Positions 45,295 through 54,488 of a stretch of 64,000 nt of DNA are shown here, piece after piece. Each line of letters starts with the position of its first letter. Position 1 is the first letter of the stretch. Position numbers and translations under genes: made by a program. The DNA comes from Escherichia coli (GTDB lineage Bacteria > Pseudomonadota > Gammaproteobacteria > Enterobacterales > Enterobacteriaceae). The stretch lies in NCBI RefSeq assembly GCF_003790525.1, contig NZ_CP033635.1; one strand, given 5' to 3'. The notes under the pieces were generated by a model, which saw only the letters and a program-made list of their open reading frames with translations, was not told the origin of the DNA and searched no databases.

Positions 45295-46062
45295 ATGGCA
45301 GAAACCTCTTCAACCACCGCAGGCGCACAAACGTTATTACGTGGACTGGCGGTTCTTAATGCTGTTTATAACGGCTGCCATGACCTAAAAAGTATCGGCG
45401 AGTTCACCGGCACGACCCGGAGCACAACCCATCGTTTAGTCACCGTTCTGGTGGAACAACGCTACCTGCGCCATGTCCCAACGCAGGGCTACCAACTGGG
45501 TGCCAAACTGATCGAATTCGGTGCCAGAGCACTGGAAAGCACCTCGCTGTACGAAATTGCCCAGCCCGTTTTGCAACGCCTTGCCCGTTACACCCTGGAC
45601 ACCGTGCATCTGGGGATCGTTGAAGGCGACGAAGTGCTGTATCTGGAGAAGATCAACAGTCAGCGCGGGCTGGAAATGCGCTCACGCCCAGGCCATCGCA
45701 TGCCACTGGCAATCACCGGCATCGGCAAAGCATTGATACTCAACCGAACAGAAGAAGAGTGGCGCACGCTGTTTAAGACCTGTGGTGATGAAACAAAACT
45801 GGGCGCATTTATTCAGAACATGCGTCGTTATGCCGCCAGTGGTTTTGCTTTTGATCTGGAAGAGAACGAGCCGACTATCCGTTGCGTTGCAGCGCCGGTT
45901 TACAACGCCCGGGATGAAATTGTGGCGGCTATTTCTGTCGCCAGTACCACCACGTATATGTCGCTGGCGCGTCTGGAAGAACTGGCACCTTACGTCAAAT
46001 CCTGTGCAGAAGAGATATCCGCTGAACTGGGCTGGGGTAAGCACGTCCGCAAAGATAAATAA
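45295..46062 (+). CDS. IclR-family transcriptional regulator
   Basis: ATG at 45295 with aggag RBS; N-terminal HTH region (LKSIGEFTGTTRSTTHRLVTVL) and C-terminal IclR effector-like domain. Not in the K-12 order as recalled. Confidence 0.8.
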   Translation: MAETSSTTAGAQTLLRGLAVLNAVYNGCHDLKSIGEFTGTTRSTTHRLVTVLVEQRYLRHVPTQGYQLGAKLIEFGARALESTSLYEIAQPVLQRLARYTLDTVHLGIVEGDEVLYLEKINSQRGLEMRSRPGHRMPLAITGIGKALILNRTEEEWRTLFKTCGDETKLGAFIQNMRRYAASGFAFDLEENEPTIRCVAAPVYNARDEIVAAISVASTTTYMSLARLEELAPYVKSCAEEISAELGWGKHVRKDK

Positions 46063-46085
46063 ACCATGATTAAAGGAAACGACTA

Positions 46086-47090
46086 ATGCCGGGAGCACCC
46101 TCATTTATTGCCCTGGACTGGGGAACGTCATCGCTTCGGGCATGGCGTTTTGGCGAATCACCAAATCCACAAGAAAAACGTGAATTCCCCTGGGGGATCA
46201 TGAAATTACCCTCCCAGGCAGCAACACGTGAGGACGCTTTCCACGATACGTTTTTACGTGTCTGCGGCGACTGGCTGGCACAAACCCCATGCCCGGTACT
46301 GGCTTGCGGCATGCTCGGCAGTGCGCAAGGGTGGCAACCAGCAGCTTATTTACCTTGCCCGGTCACTCTCGAGGGTCTGGCGAAGCAGTTGACGCCAGTT
46401 ATCCACCAGCAGCAGACAATGCTGCACATCATTCCTGGCGTGATTAAAGAAGGTGAAATGCCCGAAGTGATGCGTGGCGAAGAGACACAAATCTTCGGTG
46501 CTATCTCGATGGAACCGGCCCTGCAAAACGCGATCCATCAGGGTATGCCAGTGCTGATAGGCTTACCCGGCACACATGCGAAATGGGCAGTAGTTGAAAA
46601 CAACACCATTACCGATTTCCGAACCTTTATGACGGGCGAGTTATTTGATGTTTTATCCCGCCATTCGATTCTCGGTGCCACCATGCATCCTGGAGATGAA
46701 CCGCACTGGGATGCCTTCACCCACGGGCTGACAGCAGCACAAGAGCATCATCAGACCGGATTATTATCGACGCTGTTTTCGACCCGTTCGCGCCTGCTGA
46801 CCAGTAATCTTACGTCGTCCTCGCAGGGGGATTACCTTTCCGGATTACTGATAGGCCATGAATTATGCGGTCTGGCATCCAGTTTGCTACGTGATTTACC
46901 CGCCACAACACCGATCGCCTTAATCGGTAGCGCAAATCTGAACAGCCGCTATTCACAAGCATTCAGCCACGTTTTTCCCGACAGACAGATACACGCCATT
47001 CCTAATGCCACTGAACAGGGATTATGGCGAATCGCCCACGCTGCCGGGTTACTGTCCACCAACGCCAGGGAATGTACCCATGCCATTTAA
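46086..47090 (+). CDS. 2-dehydro-3-deoxygalactonokinase (DgoK)-family sugar-acid kinase
   Basis: 334-aa ORF with DgoK-family signatures IALDWGTSSLRAW, VMRGEETQIFG, PGTHAKW, FRTFMTGELF. Confidence 0.8.
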   Translation: MPGAPSFIALDWGTSSLRAWRFGESPNPQEKREFPWGIMKLPSQAATREDAFHDTFLRVCGDWLAQTPCPVLACGMLGSAQGWQPAAYLPCPVTLEGLAKQLTPVIHQQQTMLHIIPGVIKEGEMPEVMRGEETQIFGAISMEPALQNAIHQGMPVLIGLPGTHAKWAVVENNTITDFRTFMTGELFDVLSRHSILGATMHPGDEPHWDAFTHGLTAAQEHHQTGLLSTLFSTRSRLLTSNLTSSSQGDYLSGLLIGHELCGLASSLLRDLPATTPIALIGSANLNSRYSQAFSHVFPDRQIHAIPNATEQGLWRIAHAAGLLSTNARECTHAI

Positions 47091-47709
47091 GACGCTTTTG
47101 CAAAAAACCGGGTTAGTCGCCATTTTACGCGGCGTGAAACCGGATGAGATTGTCGCCATCGGTGAAAAACTGTACGCCGCCGGATTCCGCCTGATTGAGA
47201 TTCCTATGAACTCGCCGGAGGCGTTGCAAAGTATCAGTTTACTGCGCGACGCCCTGCCTAAGGATTGCCTGGTCGGAGCCGGAACTGTGCTTTCGGTAGA
47301 GCAGGTGGTTGCGGTTAAAGAGGCTGGGGGCCAGATTATCGTGATGCCGCATTGCGATACTGCGGTGATCCGTCGCGCCCGTGCGCTGGGTATGTATTGT
47401 GCGCCTGGCGTCGCCACGCCCACCGAAGCCTTTGCTGCCATTGAACATGGTGCTAATGCCATCAAGCTGTTCCCGGCTGAACAAATTACGCCAGAAGTTA
47501 CCAAAGCCTGGCGTGCGGTTATTCCACAATCCGTTCCGATGTTACCGGTTGGCGGTATCACACCGGAAACCATGGCGCGTTATCTGAGCCACGGCGCAAA
47601 CGGCTTTGGCCTCGGTTCTGCGCTATATCACCCCGGCATGACGCCAGAGCAAGTCTATGAAAATGCAGTACTGTTTATGAACGCATGGAACAATTTAAAT
47701 AGCAACTAA
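47080..47709 (+). CDS. KDPG/KDPGal-type class I aldolase (DgoA/Eda family)
   Basis: ATG at 47080 (MPFKTLLQKTGLVAILRGVKPDEI...); motifs AILRG, IEIPMNSP, GAGTVL, CAPGVATPTEAF, GGITPE resemble DgoA. Overlaps the kinase by 11 nt. Confidence 0.8.
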   Translation: MPFKTLLQKTGLVAILRGVKPDEIVAIGEKLYAAGFRLIEIPMNSPEALQSISLLRDALPKDCLVGAGTVLSVEQVVAVKEAGGQIIVMPHCDTAVIRRARALGMYCAPGVATPTEAFAAIEHGANAIKLFPAEQITPEVTKAWRAVIPQSVPMLPVGGITPETMARYLSHGANGFGLGSALYHPGMTPEQVYENAVLFMNAWNNLNSN

Positions 47710-47733
47710 CTGATAAATAAGGATATAAAAGCA

Positions 47734-48708
47734 ATGATAAAACATCTTACCTTACCGAAAAAAATGGCTGCAATGGTACTTCTTGCAGGCGCTGCCCTCA
47801 GCATTGCGCCTGTACAGGCAGCCTCCTACCCAACCAAACAGATCGAGTTAGTCGTTCCCTACGCTGCCGGAGGCGGTACGGATCTGGTTGCCCGTGCCTT
47901 TGCTGATGCCGCCAAAAACCATTTACCCGTCAGCATCGGGGTTATCAATAAACCTGGCGGAGGCGGTGCTATCGGCCTGAGTGAAATCGCCGCTGCCCGC
48001 CCTGGCGGTTACAAAATTGGTTTAGGCACGGTTGAACTGACCACCCTTCCCAGCCTCGGAATGGTGCGTTTTAAAACCAGCGATTTTAAACCCATTGCCC
48101 GTCTAAACGCGGATCCGGCTGCTATCACCGTCCGTTCTGATGCGCCGTGGAATAGCTATGAAGAATTTATGACTTACGCCAAAGCGAATCCCGGAAAAGT
48201 ACGCATTGGTAACTCAGGCACCGGAGCTATCTGGCATCTGGCGGCAGCTGCACTGGAAGACAAAACGGGTGCGAAGTTTTCTCATGTCCCGTATGACGGC
48301 GCAGCCCCTGCCATTACAGGCCTGTTAGGCGGGCATATTGAAGCGGTTTCCGTAAGCCCAGGAGAAGTTATCAACCATGTGAAAGGCGGCAAGCTGAAGA
48401 CACTGGTAGTGATGGCGGATGAGCGAATGAAAACCATGCCTGACGTCCCGACGTTAAAAGAGAAAGGCGTTGATCTCTCCATCGGCACCTGGCGCGGCCT
48501 GATTGTGTCGCAAAAAACGCCGCAGGATGTGGTGGATGTTCTGGCAAAGGCAGCAAAAGAGACGGCTGAAGAGCCTGCATTCCAGGATGCACTGCAAAAG
48601 TTGAATCTCAACTATGCATGGCTTGACGCTGCCAGCTTCCAGACCCAAATCAGCGAACAGGAAAAGTACTTTGACGAGTTGCTGACTCGCCTGGGCCTGA
48701 AAAAATAA
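47734..48708 (+). CDS. tctC: Tripartite tricarboxylate transporter periplasmic substrate-binding protein (TctC/Bug family)
   Basis: 324-aa ORF with signal peptide (MAAMVLLAGAALSIAPVQAAS) and Bug/TctC-like sequence; aggat RBS. Confidence 0.8.
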   Translation: MIKHLTLPKKMAAMVLLAGAALSIAPVQAASYPTKQIELVVPYAAGGGTDLVARAFADAAKNHLPVSIGVINKPGGGGAIGLSEIAAARPGGYKIGLGTVELTTLPSLGMVRFKTSDFKPIARLNADPAAITVRSDAPWNSYEEFMTYAKANPGKVRIGNSGTGAIWHLAAAALEDKTGAKFSHVPYDGAAPAITGLLGGHIEAVSVSPGEVINHVKGGKLKTLVVMADERMKTMPDVPTLKEKGVDLSIGTWRGLIVSQKTPQDVVDVLAKAAKETAEEPAFQDALQKLNLNYAWLDAASFQTQISEQEKYFDELLTRLGLKK

Positions 48709-48724
48709 ACCTGAGGTACGGTTG

Positions 48725-49231
48725 ATGAACACAAAACAGTCTGTTGCTCAACTCGCCGTACCGCACCGCAAGCGCCTTTCATCAACGATGGTGGTGGCGC
48801 TGTTACTTTGTGTGGTTGCTGGCGCGGTGATGATTAATGCCGCTGATTTTCCAGCAACTGCCATTGAAACGGATCCCGGTGCAAGTGCCTTCCCTACCTT
48901 CTATGCCTGTGCCCTGATTGTGCTCGCTGTCTTGCTGGTGATACGCGATCTTTTGCAGGCAAAACCAGCCTCTTGCGCCAACGCACAGGAAAAACCGGCA
49001 TTCAGGAAAACGGCAACAGGAATTGCGGCAACCGCGTTTTATATTGTGACGATGAGCTACTGCGGTTATCTCATTACTACTCCTGTTTTCCTCATCGTCA
49101 TTATGACGTTGATGGGCTACAGGCGATGGGTACTCACACCGGGTATTGCGCTGCTGTTAACGGCAATCCTCTGGTTGCTGTTTGTCGAAGCGTTACAGGT
49201 GCCATTGCCTGTCGGCACATTTTTCGAATAA
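48725..49231 (+). CDS. tctB: Tripartite tricarboxylate transporter small membrane subunit (TctB family)
   Basis: About 168 aa, four predicted hydrophobic segments; sits between TctC-like and TctA-like genes. Start at ATG 48725 (TTG 48722 is an alternative). Confidence 0.65.
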   Translation: MNTKQSVAQLAVPHRKRLSSTMVVALLLCVVAGAVMINAADFPATAIETDPGASAFPTFYACALIVLAVLLVIRDLLQAKPASCANAQEKPAFRKTATGIAATAFYIVTMSYCGYLITTPVFLIVIMTLMGYRRWVLTPGIALLLTAILWLLFVEALQVPLPVGTFFE

Positions 49232-49243
49232 CAGGGGCCAGCA

Positions 49244-50734
49244 ATGTTTGAAAGTGAACTTTTAACTCAGGGTTTTTCGACATTACTCAATAATCCTCAG
49301 GCGCTGCTGTTTGCCACTTTTGGGGTGATGCTGGGTATTGTGATTGGCGCTTTGCCTGGTCTGACAGCGACCATGGGTGTGGCGATTTTGCTGCCTTTCA
49401 CCTACGGCATGGAGCCTGTTTCTGGCTTGTTGATGATTTGCGGCGTCTTTTTTGGTGGCGTCTACGGTGGTTCTATCACCGCAATTTTGCTCAAAATTCC
49501 CGGAACGCCTGCCGCCGCAGCCACCGCTATTGATGGTTATGAGCTGACGAAACAGGGAAAAGCAGGGCTGGCATTGAGTGCCGCCACGTTCTCTTCCTTT
49601 AGTGGCGGAACGCTCAGCATTATCGTGCTGATGTTTCTCTCTCCGGTACTTGCCAGTTGGGCGCTGAAATTTAGTGCCTCGGAGTCCTTCGCCCTGGCAA
49701 CCTTCGGACTGAGCATTATTGCCAGTATTTCCGGTGAGTCACTGATTAAAGGGCTGATTGCCGGGGTTGGCGGATTGCTGATCGCAACGATAGGCCTTGA
49801 TCCAATGGGCGGTTTTCCACGGTTTACAGGTGGATTTGTGGAGCTGATGAATGTGCCATTTATCCCGGTGATGATTGGTTTATTTGCTGCTTCAGAAGCA
49901 TTCCGCTCTATGGAGCAAAACCAGCAAATTCGTCAGGGGGCGAAGGTGGCTATCGGCAGTCTGTTACTGCCCTGGCAAACACTACGCCGCATTGCATTAA
50001 CCATTTTGCGCTCATCAGGATTAGGGGTTTTTATCGGCATGATCCCCGGTGCGGGGGCGGATATTGCAGCTTTTGTTGCCTATAACGAAACTCGTCGTTT
50101 CAGTAAGACACCAGAAAACTTTGGTAAGGGTGAAATTAAAGCTGTGGCCTCCTGTGAGGCAGGCGCGAATGGCTGCACCGGTGGCGCATTGTTACCTATG
50201 CTGACGCTGGGGATCCCTGGCGATGCGGTAACCGCCATCATGCTGGGCGCGTTAACGTTACAGGGAATGCAACCAGGCCCGCTGATGTTTACCGACCACG
50301 GCGATATGGTTTATACACTGTTTGTCGGCATGATCTTCTGTTACTTCATGCTACTAGTTCTTGGACTGCTCTCTTTGAAAGTCATCGGTAATGTGGTGAA
50401 AATTCCCGGCAATATTCTCACACCGATGATCCTCGCACTTTGTGTGGTCGGGACTTATGCGTTGAACAATAGCCTGTTTGATGTTGGCATTATGCTGATT
50501 GCAGGCGTGGTGGGCTATTTCATGCAGAAAGGAGGATATCCGGCATCACCCGTAGTGCTGGCATTGATTATGGGGCCAATGGCGGAAAGTAATTTTCGCC
50601 GTGCGCTGTCGCTTTCTGGTGGGTCACTCGACTTTCTGTATACCCGACCGATAACTCTGGCATTGCTGACTCTGGCAGCCTTTACGCTACTGACGCCAAT
50701 AATCCGCAAAATAATGCGTTTACGGCGTCAATAA
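49244..50734 (+). CDS. tctA: Tripartite tricarboxylate transporter large permease (TctA family)
   Basis: 496-aa polytopic membrane protein with the duplicated TctA/DUF112-type glycine-rich architecture (e.g. GALPGLTATMG, GMIPGAGADIAAF). Confidence 0.8.
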   Translation: MFESELLTQGFSTLLNNPQALLFATFGVMLGIVIGALPGLTATMGVAILLPFTYGMEPVSGLLMICGVFFGGVYGGSITAILLKIPGTPAAAATAIDGYELTKQGKAGLALSAATFSSFSGGTLSIIVLMFLSPVLASWALKFSASESFALATFGLSIIASISGESLIKGLIAGVGGLLIATIGLDPMGGFPRFTGGFVELMNVPFIPVMIGLFAASEAFRSMEQNQQIRQGAKVAIGSLLLPWQTLRRIALTILRSSGLGVFIGMIPGAGADIAAFVAYNETRRFSKTPENFGKGEIKAVASCEAGANGCTGGALLPMLTLGIPGDAVTAIMLGALTLQGMQPGPLMFTDHGDMVYTLFVGMIFCYFMLLVLGLLSLKVIGNVVKIPGNILTPMILALCVVGTYALNNSLFDVGIMLIAGVVGYFMQKGGYPASPVVLALIMGPMAESNFRRALSLSGGSLDFLYTRPITLALLTLAAFTLLTPIIRKIMRLRRQ

Positions 50735-50742
50735 CTGATATC

Positions 50743-50769
50743 GCTCCCCGAAGTTGGGGAGCGTTTTTT
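50743..50769. terminator. Bidirectional terminator between convergent tctA and udp
   Basis: Hairpin gctccccgaagttggggagc followed by a T-run. Confidence 0.65.
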
Positions 50770-51532
50770 ATTTCAGCAGACGACGCGCCGCTTCCACCAC
50801 GATTTTCACCGCATGGCTTTCGGTTTGTTTCATCGTCTCAGCATTCGGGATCTCTTGCTGGGTGCGGTTAACGATAACCCCCGCTACCATACCGGCACGC
50901 AGGCCCTGACTTGCACACATGGTCAGCAGGGTTGCAGATTCCATTTCATAGTTCATTACGCCCATCGCCTGCCACTCTTCCATAGAACCTTTAAAGTGAC
51001 GAACTACGCGACCAGAGTAAGTATCGTAACGTTCCTGACCCGGGTAGAAGGTATCAGAAGAAGCCGTCACACCAACGTGAGTGGTGGCACCAATTGACTT
51101 CGCCGCTTCAACCAGCGCAGTCGTACATTCGAAATCAGCGACAGCCGGGAATTCCAGCGGTGCGAAGTGCAGGCTCGCACCATCCAGACGAACAGACGCC
51201 GTGGTAACCAGGACATCGCCAACATTAATATGCGGCTGAATAGCGCCTGTTGTGCCGATACGCAGGAAGGTGCGAATGCCCAGCTGTGCCAGCTCTTCAA
51301 CAGCAATAGAGGTAGACGGGCCGCCGATACCGGTAGAGCAGACGATAACAGGTTTACCATCCAGCTCTGCACGCCAGGTGGTGAATTCGCGATGAGATGC
51401 CAGCTTAACCGGCTTATCCATCAGCGCGGCGATCTTTTCCACACGATCCGGGTCGCCAGGGACGATGGCAAGCGTAGCCCCTTGTAAATCGTTTTTAGTG
51501 AGGCCGAGATGAAAAACATCAGACTTGGACAT
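50768..51532 (-). CDS. udp: Uridine phosphorylase
   Basis: Start taken at [31 protein letters not shown] (253 aa). Confidence 0.93.
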   Translation of the reverse strand: MSKSDVFHLGLTKNDLQGATLAIVPGDPDRVEKIAALMDKPVKLASHREFTTWRAELDGKPVIVCSTGIGGPSTSIAVEELAQLGIRTFLRIGTTGAIQPHINVGDVLVTTASVRLDGASLHFAPLEFPAVADFECTTALVEAAKSIGATTHVGVTASSDTFYPGQERYDTYSGRVVRHFKGSMEEWQAMGVMNYEMESATLLTMCASQGLRAGMVAGVIVNRTQQEIPNAETMKQTESHAVKIVVEAARRLLK

Positions 51533-51654
51533 ATACAACTCCTCTGTGAATCGGTTTAGTCAGAAGAAGCAAAAAGACACTTTACCGAAGGGTTTAACAT
51601 TTTTTCGTGATACTCATCACCATGACGAAAATGCGTTGCATAAATTTACCCGCC

Positions 51655-51690
51655 AAAAGTGATGCAAATCACATAAATCACTCTTCATTC
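51655..51690. promoter_or_regulatory. CRP/CytR-type operator region of the udp promoter
   Basis: Minus-strand tgtgatttgcatcact resembles the CRP half-site consensus TGTGA-N6-TCACA; a second gtgat-containing repeat is adjacent. Confidence 0.5.
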
Positions 51691-51793
51691 TGCAGGACTG
51701 CATAAAAGATGAGCCGATTCAGGCAATGTGATTTGTTGCATGCTGACTATAGTTAACATTGCGCAACATTTTTATAAGGGTACGGAGAATACC

Positions 51794-52603
51794 ATGGCAA
51801 CAACACAACAATCTGGATTTGCACCTGCTGCATCGCCTCTCGCTTCGACCATCGTTCAGACTCCGGACGACGCGATTGTGGCGGGCTTCACCTCTATCCC
51901 TTCACAAGGGGATAACATGCCTGCTTACCATGCCAGACCAAGGCAAAGCGATGGCCCACTGCCAGTGGTCATTGTAGTGCAGGAAATTTTTGGCGTGCAT
52001 GAACATATCCGCGATATTTGTCGCCGTCTGGCGCTGGAGGGGTATCTGGCTATCGCACCTGAACTTTACTTCCGCGAAGGCGATCCGAATGATTTTGCCG
52101 ATATCCCTACGCTGCTTAGCGGTCTGGTAGCAAAAGTGCCTGACTCGCAGGTGCTGGCCGATCTCGATCATGTCGCCAGTTGGGCTTCCCGCAACGGCGG
52201 CGATGTTCATCGTTTAATGATCACCGGATTCTGCTGGGGTGGACGTATCACCTGGCTGTATGCCGCGCATAATCCACAACTGAAAGCAGCGGTGGCATGG
52301 TACGGCAAATTAACCGGCGATAAGACGCTGAATTCACCGAAACAACCTGTTGATATCGCAACCGATCTTAACGCGCCGGTTCTCGGCTTATATGGTGGTC
52401 AGGATAACAGCATTCCGCAAGAGAGTGTGGAAACGATGCGCCAGGCGCTGCGGGCAGCAAACGCGAAAGCAGAGATTATCGTGTACCCGGATGCAGGGCA
52501 TGCGTTCAACGCCGATTATCGTCCGAGCTATCATGCCGAGTCTGCGAAAGACGGCTGGCAGCGAATGTTGGAATGGTTTACACAGTATGGTGTTAAAAAG
52601 TAA
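51794..52603 (+). CDS. ysgA: Dienelactone-hydrolase-family protein
   Basis: Start taken at MATTQQSGFAPAASPLASTIVQT; alpha/beta hydrolase with CWGG nucleophile elbow. Confidence 0.85.
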   Translation: MATTQQSGFAPAASPLASTIVQTPDDAIVAGFTSIPSQGDNMPAYHARPRQSDGPLPVVIVVQEIFGVHEHIRDICRRLALEGYLAIAPELYFREGDPNDFADIPTLLSGLVAKVPDSQVLADLDHVASWASRNGGDVHRLMITGFCWGGRITWLYAAHNPQLKAAVAWYGKLTGDKTLNSPKQPVDIATDLNAPVLGLYGGQDNSIPQESVETMRQALRAANAKAEIIVYPDAGHAFNADYRPSYHAESAKDGWQRMLEWFTQYGVKK

Positions 52604-52669
52604 CGCCATAGTCGCTAAATCTGATGATTAAGCTCACACAATTTCAACGATTTTTTTAATCTCAAAACC

Positions 52670-52698
52670 ATACAGCATCAAAAAATTTGTTGCTGTAT
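52670..52698. promoter_or_regulatory. 8-bp perfect inverted repeat with A/T-rich 13-bp spacer, candidate regulator site upstream of the hydrolase operon
   Basis: atacagca-tcaaaaaatttgt-tgctgtat; a related copy gcaaaaatttcgttgctgt lies at 52747-52765. Confidence 0.45.
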
Positions 52699-52859
52699 GC
52701 CACTCTTTGACTCCCTTCACATTCGTCATCACACCACCTGCTGAATGCAAAAATTTCGTTGCTGTGCGGCAAACTTTTTTCCTGTTTTGTGCCGCTTTTC
52801 TCCTGAATACTCGTTCTCAGAACAACTGGATCGTTTAAACATCAGACAGGAGATTTACC

Positions 52860-53528
52860 ATGACGCAATCCATTTTTCAGGCTCAACCCTTTGAATTACC
52901 TTTTGATCCGCGCACAACTGCACTGGTCATGATCGACATGCAGCGTGACTTTGTCGAAGCAGGGGGCTTCGGTGAGGCACTGGGCAATGATGTTTCACTG
53001 GTACGCACGGCTATCGCACCATGTACAGAGGTGCTGGCAGCCGCACGTCAAAAAGGAATTATGGTTATTCATACTCGTGAAGGCCATCGTGCAGACTTAA
53101 GCGACTGCCCGCCAGCCAAACTGACGCGCGGCGGAAAAACCTTTATTGGTGAACCAGGACCGATGGGACGCATTCTGGTCAGAGGTGAAGCAGGTCATGA
53201 CATCATTCCTGAACTGTACCCGGTGGCAGGCGAACCGGTGATTGATAAGCCTGGCAAAGGCGCGTTTTATCAAACCGACTTACATCTGATTTTGCAAAAC
53301 CACGGTATCAAGACGCTGATAGTTTGTGGTGTTACAACCGAAGTTTGCGTAACCACCACCGTGCGCGAAGCAAATGATCGTGGCTATGAATGCATTATCC
53401 CGGAAGATTGTGTCGGCTCCTATTTCCCGGAATTCCAGAAATACGCCCTCGAGATGATCAAAGCACAAGGTGCCATTTTCGGTTGGGTTACTGATTCCAA
53501 AGCCATTATTGCAGGCCTGGAAGGCTAA
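52860..53528 (+). CDS. Isochorismatase-fold cysteine hydrolase (amidohydrolase; RutB/BiuH/CSHase-like)
   Basis: 222-aa ORF with aggag RBS; motifs ALVMIDMQRDF (Asp) and LIVCGVTTEVCV (catalytic Cys context) typical of this subfamily. Confidence 0.75.
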   Translation: MTQSIFQAQPFELPFDPRTTALVMIDMQRDFVEAGGFGEALGNDVSLVRTAIAPCTEVLAAARQKGIMVIHTREGHRADLSDCPPAKLTRGGKTFIGEPGPMGRILVRGEAGHDIIPELYPVAGEPVIDKPGKGAFYQTDLHLILQNHGIKTLIVCGVTTEVCVTTTVREANDRGYECIIPEDCVGSYFPEFQKYALEMIKAQGAIFGWVTDSKAIIAGLEG

Positions 53529-53533
53529 CACCG

Positions 53534-54394
53534 ATGGTACAGGTTACGCTTTGCGCATCGTCGTTGGGATATCTTTTCCCGCAGAATGAAACGCAAGATT
53601 TACGTCTACATAGCGCTTTTAAACATGCGGTAAATCTGTATTCAGACGCGGGAACATTCATCACTCTGTTGTGTGCGCAAACGTATCTGAATCTCCCTGA
53701 TGCAGCCAGAGTCTGGCTACCTGAATGTTGGGACTGGCGAAGAGAGATTGCCCATTCAGATCCCATTCAGTTAACCCCAGGCTTACTGCGGACACCTCGA
53801 TTTTGTGTGGCGCTCGAAAACGCAACGCTCTGGCAGTCGCCATTTGTGGGGGGAATGCTGACACTTGAGGCATTCCCTTTGGTTTTCCAGCACTACCCAA
53901 CGATGGCATCGCAACGGCTTTTATTTTGTCTGGAACATAACGTTCAAAGCACATTGCACCTGCCGGATAGTCTCACGCACCAGGGATTAGCGATTATGGA
54001 GCATCCAGATGCGCTGGAACGCCAGGTGCCACAACTGATCGGCTTTGGTAAAGGCTTAACGCCCGATGGAGATGACTATTTGTTGGGCTATCTGGCAGCA
54101 CTCTGGTTATGGCAACTCCCTGCACCACTTGCCGATCATCAATACCGGTTGCAGCAGGTAATTGATCAACATGCGCACAACACCACGGATATCAGTCGTC
54201 ATTATCTGGAGCGTGCGCTTCAGGGACATTTTTCAGAACCGATTTGCCAGTTACTCGCACAACTGGTTGGGAGTGCATCGGCAATGACAATCGCATCCTG
54301 TGCAGAACAGGTCATGCAATTTGGCGCAACGTCAGGAGTAGATTGCCTTGCAGGAATGCTGCATGGCTTTCGAACCCTGAACACCATAAATTGA
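53534..54394 (+). CDS. DUF2877-family protein (YahE/YlbF-like)
   Basis: 286-aa ORF starting 5 nt after the preceding stop; resembles YahE / AllH-type proteins that accompany FdrA-like genes (from memory). Confidence 0.6.
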   Translation: MVQVTLCASSLGYLFPQNETQDLRLHSAFKHAVNLYSDAGTFITLLCAQTYLNLPDAARVWLPECWDWRREIAHSDPIQLTPGLLRTPRFCVALENATLWQSPFVGGMLTLEAFPLVFQHYPTMASQRLLFCLEHNVQSTLHLPDSLTHQGLAIMEHPDALERQVPQLIGFGKGLTPDGDDYLLGYLAALWLWQLPAPLADHQYRLQQVIDQHAHNTTDISRHYLERALQGHFSEPICQLLAQLVGSASAMTIASCAEQVMQFGATSGVDCLAGMLHGFRTLNTIN

Positions 54395-54488
54395 TTTCAA
54401 CCTTTTCTCCCGTAGCCCGTTTATGGGGCTACACGGGGATGCTTTGCCCGAATTTTGCTATCGGGCGGAATGAAACAGGCGTAACAGC

